Of a stretch of 64,000 nt of DNA, positions 57,825-64,000 are shown piece after piece. Under the pieces are notes generated by a model that was given only the letters and a program-made list of their open reading frames with translations, was not told the origin of the DNA and did not search any database. Origin of the DNA: Rhizaria sp. SCN 62-66 (Eukaryota). Positions within the stretch are counted from its first letter, which is position 1. Every line of letters starts with the position of its first letter. The position numbers and the translations under genes are program-made. The DNA lies in assembly GCA_001724265.1 (NCBI GenBank), contig MEDY01000022.1:62001-126000 (forward strand), given 5' to 3'.

Positions 57825-59506
57825 GTCGGCAGCGGTGATTTGCGTAGCACGAGATAACGAATAAACTTGACTTGTGAGCAGGTTGTGGCTACGTAGGTCG
57901 GGTGGTCGCGTATGGCCAGGAGATTAAGTTCATTTTTCACAAAGGTTGAATAAAGACAAGAATAATGACAACCAAATTACATCGCACTAGATGAAACGGC
58001 TAATCGAGTGTGGGTGCAAATTGTTTGGATATGACAAAAAGGGACTGTATGTCTGAGAGTAAAGAAAATGTTGCTGTGTAATGGAAGTGTTTGTGATGTT
58101 ATTAAGGTAAACGGCTGAACTAAACGAACGGAGTAGGATGGAATGAAGTGAAGATACTACTTGTTTGACTTTGTGTTTGTGACTTTTTGGAGAGTGAGAT
58201 ATGATATGACATAACGTAACGTTGTGACGCTGTCATCACTCCACAAACAAAGCAAACTCGGAGTGAAAACGACGTGAAGCGAAGAGAAGTTGAAAACAAC
58301 GATAAAGTCAGATACATATGCGTGTGCGTAAATGTGAATGTCCTTGTGCTACGAATGAAGTTGCGAACAATGTCACCAGTGAAGATGAGAGTGAACCAAG
58401 AGCACGAACAACATTAACACGGTCCGCACACGCAGAGAATGTAATGACGGAGTGATAAAAGAAGCAGTAAAAAGAAAAAGAAAAAAAAAAAAAGATACAA
58501 AGCCGAAAAAAAGCCGACTAATGAAAATATAAATGAGGTATAAGTCAAGCGAATAGAAGAAAGCCCCACAGGGGAAGAACGAAAATCAAATTTGATTGGA
58601 ACGCGGAATGATATCGAAGATAAACGTCAACGAGACGATAAAAGAAACTACACCATGTGAATGTGATTGTGCGAGCGTCATTCCTTCGACAGTCTAATGC
58701 AGTGCCGGCAATGGCAGTGATAGTTATTAGAAGCCAGAGGTGAGAATGGTGATGGAAGTCTTCGGACGCACGCATTCAGACGCATCTCAAGCACGCACAG
58801 TGAGACACGAAGTGAAATCGATTTAACGAAACGAACGACAAAATACACGAAAAATAATTAAAAATAAAAAATGAAAATCGTAGCAAAGAAAAAAAAGCAG
58901 TGGGTTGGCGCATCTAAACGAAAATGTAACTGTGTTAAGGTTGTTAAATTCTAGTTTAGGGTTAGTAGTAACGCTGATGAAGCCACTGTACTTTGACTAA
59001 GAGAAAGAAGAAACAACTTAAAACACACAATCAAAATCAAAATCTACAACTCAAACAATAAGAATCTGAGTTTTTAAGAATCTAAGTCCCGTCCTTGAAG
59101 CCCTCAGCTGGTCAGTCACCCAGACTAGACAGCAGACGACCACACGACAAACAACGGATAGCAGAGAAAAAAAGATGCGAAAAAAAAAAGACGAACTATG
59201 GAACAAAGTTATGTGGTTGCTTTAGTGTGCGACAAAATACCCGAAGCGAGCAAGAAAGCAAACAACACACGAAGGGATACATGTGGTGGATGCCGCAGCA
59301 TCACGCCAGCTCAGAGTCAGTCGGAAAGTTGTGGTAAGTGCAGCAGGTACAGCAGGTGCAGCAGGTGCGTGCAAAACAGGCAGTGCTCCTCGCAGTGACT
59401 GTGACTGAGCACAAGATCAAAGAACAAGAATACAGATCGCCCACCGTGATATCCAACAGAGCGTAGATCATGGGCGGCGTGACGAGCCGTGCACTGGGCG
59501 GCCGCC

Positions 59507-62500
59507 TTACTCGCGGCCCTGGTAGTTCTCCACGATGAACGCCTGCACCGAAGGGATGGACTTGACGACGTCGGGTGGCAGCACGAGCATCATGGCGCGC
59601 GTCTGCCGCGCCGCCAGCTCGAGCCGGCGCGACACGGGGTGGAAGCCGAAGAGGTAGAGCATGCCGAGGATGATGGAGAACATGATGATCAGGATCAACC
59701 GGAGCTGGTTGAAGCTGTCAATGCGATCCAGCGTCTGCACCAGGTAGAGCGCCGAGGACCTGCCGAGCGCGACACGCATGAACTGGTTAGTGAGCGTGTC
59801 GGTGATGCGCAGCGTGTCCAACATCGAGTTCCACAGCGCACCGCCCTGCGAGAATCCAGGGACTGCTGGGAGCCCGACCCAGGGCCCGAAGATGCCAGAG
59901 AGTGAGGGAATGGAGATGAGGTCGATGCGGTTGAACGCCATGATAATAGCCTGGTGCAGGCCGCGGTTCAGGAAGCCGTCGGCAATGGTTGGGCACTCCT
60001 CGTTGTAGAACGCAGGCAGGCCTTCAAGCATGTACTTCGCGGCGCGGTCGTCAGACGGCAGGTCGCAGGCGGTGTCGAACAAAAGCCGTTCTTGCGCGGC
60101 GAACTCGACGGTGTGCGTGAGGCCGAGACTGGAGTTGCCGAACATCACAGCGTGGTGCAGAATCAGCGAGTCGTTGAGCGTGTCGCGCGCAATCGTGAGG
60201 AAATCACCGTTGAGCACGACGGGGTTCAGCGGATTCTGAGCCACAACCTCGGAGTACTTGCCGAAGAAGTTCTCACGCGCGTAGTAGAAGGCGCGCTGGT
60301 ACGTCGGCTGGCGGCGCGTCGCGTAGTCGATTGTCAACGAGACTTGTTCGATAAACTCGGTCGTCTGCCATGTCAGCACCGACATCATGATGCCGTATGC
60401 AGTGATGTACGAAATGAAGAGCGCGAAACGTGTGAAAAGCTGGCGCAGCGCGCGGCGCGCGAGCAGCGAGCGCTCGTTGGACGCCGACTCCTTGTTCTTG
60501 ACATGCTTGCGCTGGTCGCGCTGCTGCTGGCGCTCCGCCTTGGTGAGCTTCTTGTTAGCGGCATCTGCGTTCTGGTCCTCGGCGTTGTTGCGCGCGATTG
60601 CGGCCTTAGTAGCGTCGGCGAGCGAGCTGAGGTTGATGGCCACGTCGCCATTATCGACCTGCTCCGTCGTGTACGTGATTTGCCGCAGCTGCTTCGCATA
60701 CGGGTCGTTGTCGACGTTAAGCGCGTTCTTCTGACGCTTGACCGCCAGCGGGTCGTCGATATCCGTGCCGCCCGACGAGTTGCTGTCCTCAGCATCGAAC
60801 GCACCCAGGTACGCGTCGATGTTCTGCTGCGCCTCGAGTGCGCGCGCGCGGGCCTGGCCCGTGAGCTCGCCCTGCGCCTCGTTGGCCAGTTCGGCGCCGA
60901 ACTTCTTCGCGGCGCGCGCGCGCGCGACACGCATGAGGTAACGGCTGTGCGCGGTGCCGCCATGGCCGGCGTCGTCCTTGGCGTTGGCCGCCGCGACTGC
61001 GGTGCCACCCAGCACGGCGTCGGCGCTGCCAGAGGCGCCCGTGGCGGCCACGGCGGTGGCAGCGACGAGTTCTTCGTCGTCGATCTCTTGCTGGCGCGCG
61101 GCGTCGGCATCATCATCCTCAGCGCGCGACTCATCGTCGTGGTCCGACTTCATCATCATGAACACCGAGTGGATCTGGCGACGCAGCGCGCGGCGCACGG
61201 GCCGCTTGATGTCGAGGAACATGTCGAGCACGTGCGACTTGGACTCTTCGACACGTAGTACGATGGGGCGGATGAAGACCATGAGCACGAAGACCATGCT
61301 GGCCACGGCAAGGATGTAGAAGACGATGTTGAGCACCAGCAGCGTGTAGTGATGCGACTTCATCTGCTCGCGCAGCTGCAGCGTGTTTTGTTGACTAGCA
61401 AAGCGCAACGTGCCCTGCGCGTTGGCGAGGGGCCAGAAGCCGGCGGGCGTCGTGATATCGATCCACGAGCTCATAGATGCGCTGTATCGCACCGCAAGAT
61501 TCGCGAGTGTGGTAAAGGTCTGAAATGCCTCCTTCAGTGAGAAAAGCGAGTCGACAATCGTGTTGGACAGTAGGTTACGCAACTCGAGCGTGGGCACGTT
61601 GCGGAGCTCGTCTTGAATTGAGTTGATGTTTTCGGAGCCATCGACTTCAAGCGAGACGGACGTGAGCAGGTCGAGCGAGGTGAGTGTGCGCGAAACGAGC
61701 TCGTTGTAGACTTCTGTCATCGTGACTACCTGGTTCCCGATCGTGGAGTGGAAGGCCATGTAGCTGTCCGTAGTGATCATCGTAAGCGAGCGCAGGAACA
61801 GGTTGACGTCGATCATCATGGCGTTGCGGTCGGTCGAGATTAGCACGTGCTGCGTCTCGGTCGACGCGCGGTCCAAGTAGATGGTCGTGATGATGTACGC
61901 AATCACCACGCACGCGACGATGACGAACAGCAGGATGAGTGAGAAAATAGACATAACTCGAATCGCCTGACTCGTCTTCCTGTTTTCGTTCTCGATCGCG
62001 CGCGTGAGCCGGCGCTGGCCGAAAGAACGCGCCTGCTTGTCCTTGCCTACCACGAGCTTATCGTCGGACGCGCCGCTCGACATGGACTCGGTCTCGAACT
62101 CGTCGCCCGTGCCCTTCCCGCCGCCCGCGCCGCCCTTGCCCGCGACGGGGGCCAGCATTACCGAGCTGGCGGCGCTGCTGGCGGACCGCCGGCCAGCGGC
62201 CTGGCGACGCTTCTGCAGCGCAGCCGAAGGGGACTCCATGACTCCGCCGGCGTTGCTGTTGTCGGCGACGCCGGGCCGTTGCACGACGTCGAGTGACTGG
62301 TCGAACTTGCGCACCTGCCGCTGCGCTTGCGCGAGGCGCGCCGCGGCCGGGGTCATGAGGCCGCGGCTGCCGGGTGTCGCGGCGGGCTGGGGCGAGAGCA
62401 GCCCGTCCTTGCCGGCGCCGCCGCCGTTGGCCGCGCCGGTGGGGCCGGCGGCGATGGTGGAGTTGGAGGCCGTGCCGGAGACGGAGGTGGGTACGACATG

Positions 62501-64000
62501 GCCGATCATGCTGTTCGAGTCCATCTGGTCGTTTTCCAGCTCGTCGACGGCGAGTCCAGCAAGCAGCGAGCGGCCGACGCGGGGCCCGCCGTCGTCGTCG
62601 TCGTCGGCGCGGCGCCGCGAGTGCATCGACACGAAGCTGGCGTCCGAGTCGTCCTCGTCGTCCTCCTCCTGCACCACATCGGAGATCATAGCGCGGATGA
62701 ACATCACCGTCGTCTGAATCACCGTCATCGATAGCGACCACGCGCGCAGCGGCACTTCACGGTGCGTGTCGAAGTTGACACCGTTGCCGGTGTAGCCCGC
62801 GCGCGTGGCCATGCCGGCCCAGTTGCGCTCCGCGGCGTCTGAGTCGTCAGAGTCGGAGAGCGCGGGGATGATGTCGCTCAGCTTGATCTGACCCGACGCC
62901 ATCTGCTGGCGGCGGATGCCGAAGAACTGGTGGCAGTTGGCCGTGGCGTAGAGCACGCGGCCCGACTTGGGGTCAAGCAGGAAGTGCACGTCGCGCGGGT
63001 GGTCGATCGCCTGGATGACGCCGACCATCTTGGCGTTGGCTTCGTCGGACCAGCGCACGTAGAGGTTCACGGGCATGATGAAGTTGTGGCGGTGGCGCGC
63101 GTACGCTACACGCGTCTGGTTCACGATGCGCGATGTCTTGCGGACTAGGTAGTCAGAGACTATCTGGTCGTGCAGCTCCGCGATGGGCGAGGGCACGACG
63201 ATGTTGATGCTCTGGCCGACCAGGTCCGCGGTCTGGAAGTAGCCGAAGAGGCGCTTGGCGGCCGGGTTAACGCTCTCGATGATGCCCAGCTTCTGTCGGT
63301 CGACCGAGATGCCGAACACGGCGTTACGCTCGTCGAAGATGTCGAGGTTGCTCTCAAGCCGCTGGAGAAAGTCGCCGCTCTGCAGCGTGTCGCGCATCGT
63401 CTTGGCACGCTGGAACTCAATTGCCTCTGCGCGCTCGAACAGCGCCATGGCCTTGGAGGTGTTGCCCTGGAGGTCGAGCACGACGGCGCCGTAGGTGCGC
63501 AGCACGGGAACCGAGTTGGGGTTGATCTGCAGCAGCTTCTCGTAGTTGGACGTGCCGCGCGCGAGGAAGAGACGCGCATCGTGGCCGATCTTCGCCAGCG
63601 TGTCGATGTCGGGCGCGGGCCGTAGCAGCTCGGTCCAGAAGTCGACCAGCAGGCGCGAGGCCGAGACGATCGAGGAGTCAGCAACCTCCTTGCGCGACTT
63701 AAACTCGAGGTACGACTGAACCTCGGAAGACTGTGAGGCCATGCGGAGACTGTCAAGCATGAGGCGCAGCCGATGCTGCGTGAAGCGCGTGGGGAAGGAG
63801 CGCGTGCACGCCTCGCCGGCCTGGAGCTCGCCGTACGACAGCACGCGGTTGTCCATCACCTGCATCATGTAGCGCGCGAAAAAGGTGTGGAGCTCGGCGG
63901 AGCGCGGGAAGCGGTCGATGCCGAGCTGCAGCACCGTCTCGATGTGCTGGAAGACCTCCTTGCGGCGGTCCAGGTGCGCGCTAGTCGCTGCCTCGACGTA
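59507..64000 (-). CDS. TmcB/TmcC-like multi-pass membrane PAS-domain protein (5' end outside the window)
   Basis: TPR-like helical region (LGIDRFPRS...FWTELL), PAS domain GIIESVNPAAKRLFGY...LVGQSINIVVPSPIAELHD, a second PAS-like segment, four TM helices and a terminal TRAMMLVLPPDVVKSIPSVQAFI. Frame is open to the window edge; stop TAA. Confidence 0.8.
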   Translation of the reverse strand, partial: YVEAATSAHLDRRKEVFQHIETVLQLGIDRFPRSAELHTFFARYMMQVMDNRVLSYGELQAGEACTRSFPTRFTQHRLRLMLDSLRMASQSSEVQSYLEFKSRKEVADSSIVSASRLLVDFWTELLRPAPDIDTLAKIGHDARLFLARGTSNYEKLLQINPNSVPVLRTYGAVVLDLQGNTSKAMALFERAEAIEFQRAKTMRDTLQSGDFLQRLESNLDIFDERNAVFGISVDRQKLGIIESVNPAAKRLFGYFQTADLVGQSINIVVPSPIAELHDQIVSDYLVRKTSRIVNQTRVAYARHRHNFIMPVNLYVRWSDEANAKMVGVIQAIDHPRDVHFLLDPKSGRVLYATANCHQFFGIRRQQMASGQIKLSDIIPALSDSDDSDAAERNWAGMATRAGYTGNGVNFDTHREVPLRAWSLSMTVIQTTVMFIRAMISDVVQEEDDEDDSDASFVSMHSRRRADDDDDGGPRVGRSLLAGLAVDELENDQMDSNSMIGHVVPTSVSGTASNSTIAAGPTGAANGGGAGKDGLLSPQPAATPGSRGLMTPAAARLAQAQRQVRKFDQSLDVVQRPGVADNSNAGGVMESPSAALQKRRQAAGRRSASSAASSVMLAPVAGKGGAGGGKGTGDEFETESMSSGASDDKLVVGKDKQARSFGQRRLTRAIENENRKTSQAIRVMSIFSLILLFVIVACVVIAYIITTIYLDRASTETQHVLISTDRNAMMIDVNLFLRSLTMITTDSYMAFHSTIGNQVVTMTEVYNELVSRTLTSLDLLTSVSLEVDGSENINSIQDELRNVPTLELRNLLSNTIVDSLFSLKEAFQTFTTLANLAVRYSASMSSWIDITTPAGFWPLANAQGTLRFASQQNTLQLREQMKSHHYTLLVLNIVFYILAVASMVFVLMVFIRPIVLRVEESKSHVLDMFLDIKRPVRRALRRQIHSVFMMMKSDHDDESRAEDDDADAARQQEIDDEELVAATAVAATGASGSADAVLGGTAVAAANAKDDAGHGGTAHSRYLMRVARARAAKKFGAELANEAQGELTGQARARALEAQQNIDAYLGAFDAEDSNSSGGTDIDDPLAVKRQKNALNVDNDPYAKQLRQITYTTEQVDNGDVAINLSSLADATKAAIARNNAEDQNADAANKKLTKAERQQQRDQRKHVKNKESASNERSLLARRALRQLFTRFALFISYITAYGIMMSVLTWQTTEFIEQVSLTIDYATRRQPTYQRAFYYARENFFGKYSEVVAQNPLNPVVLNGDFLTIARDTLNDSLILHHAVMFGNSSLGLTHTVEFAAQERLLFDTACDLPSDDRAAKYMLEGLPAFYNEECPTIADGFLNRGLHQAIIMAFNRIDLISIPSLSGIFGPWVGLPAVPGFSQGGALWNSMLDTLRITDTLTNQFMRVALGRSSALYLVQTLDRIDSFNQLRLILIIMFSIILGMLYLFGFHPVSRRLELAARQTRAMMLVLPPDVVKSIPSVQAFIVENYQGRE

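Noticed and set aside
57825-59506. Long AT-rich spacer with A-runs and a short (CAGCAGGTR)x3 repeat near 59341
   Set aside because: Consistent with convergent 3' UTRs; no tRNA, transposon ends or credible ORF recognised.
1-64000. CRISPR arrays, rRNA, tRNA (including a CUA suppressor) and transposable elements
   Set aside because: None recognisable by eye; the repeats seen are coding microsatellites. A tRNAscan-SE or Rfam search is needed to exclude small RNAs.

Overview
Gene-dense eukaryotic nuclear DNA, most likely a heterotrophic protist: GC-rich exons, short AT-rich GT-AG introns, and both mitochondrial and peroxisomal genes. About 14 protein-coding genes, in order: a 3'-truncated giant coiled-coil protein, syntaxin-16, a 79-aa three-exon protein, an IGHMBP2/SMUBP-2-like SF1 helicase, a ~7,065-codon intronless giant ORF, an SH3-p22phox-NADPH oxidase fusion, a secreted Q/Y/G/P-rich protein, SDHAF1, an RBM26/27-like PWI protein, an HExxH metallopeptidase-like protein, a 2-Cys peroxiredoxin, a secreted protein with repeated S-hydrophobic-x-E/Q motifs, PEX5 and a 5'-truncated TmcB/C-like PAS protein. 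The main result is evidence for a non-standard nuclear genetic code in which UAG is a sense codon, probably Gln, while UAA and UGA remain stops. Six in-frame TAG codons interrupt otherwise continuous reading frames in three genes, five of them in Gln-rich context. All 13 genes with a visible 3' end terminate in TAA (7) or TGA (6), never TAG. Family calls come from motifs recognised by eye; no database searches were run.
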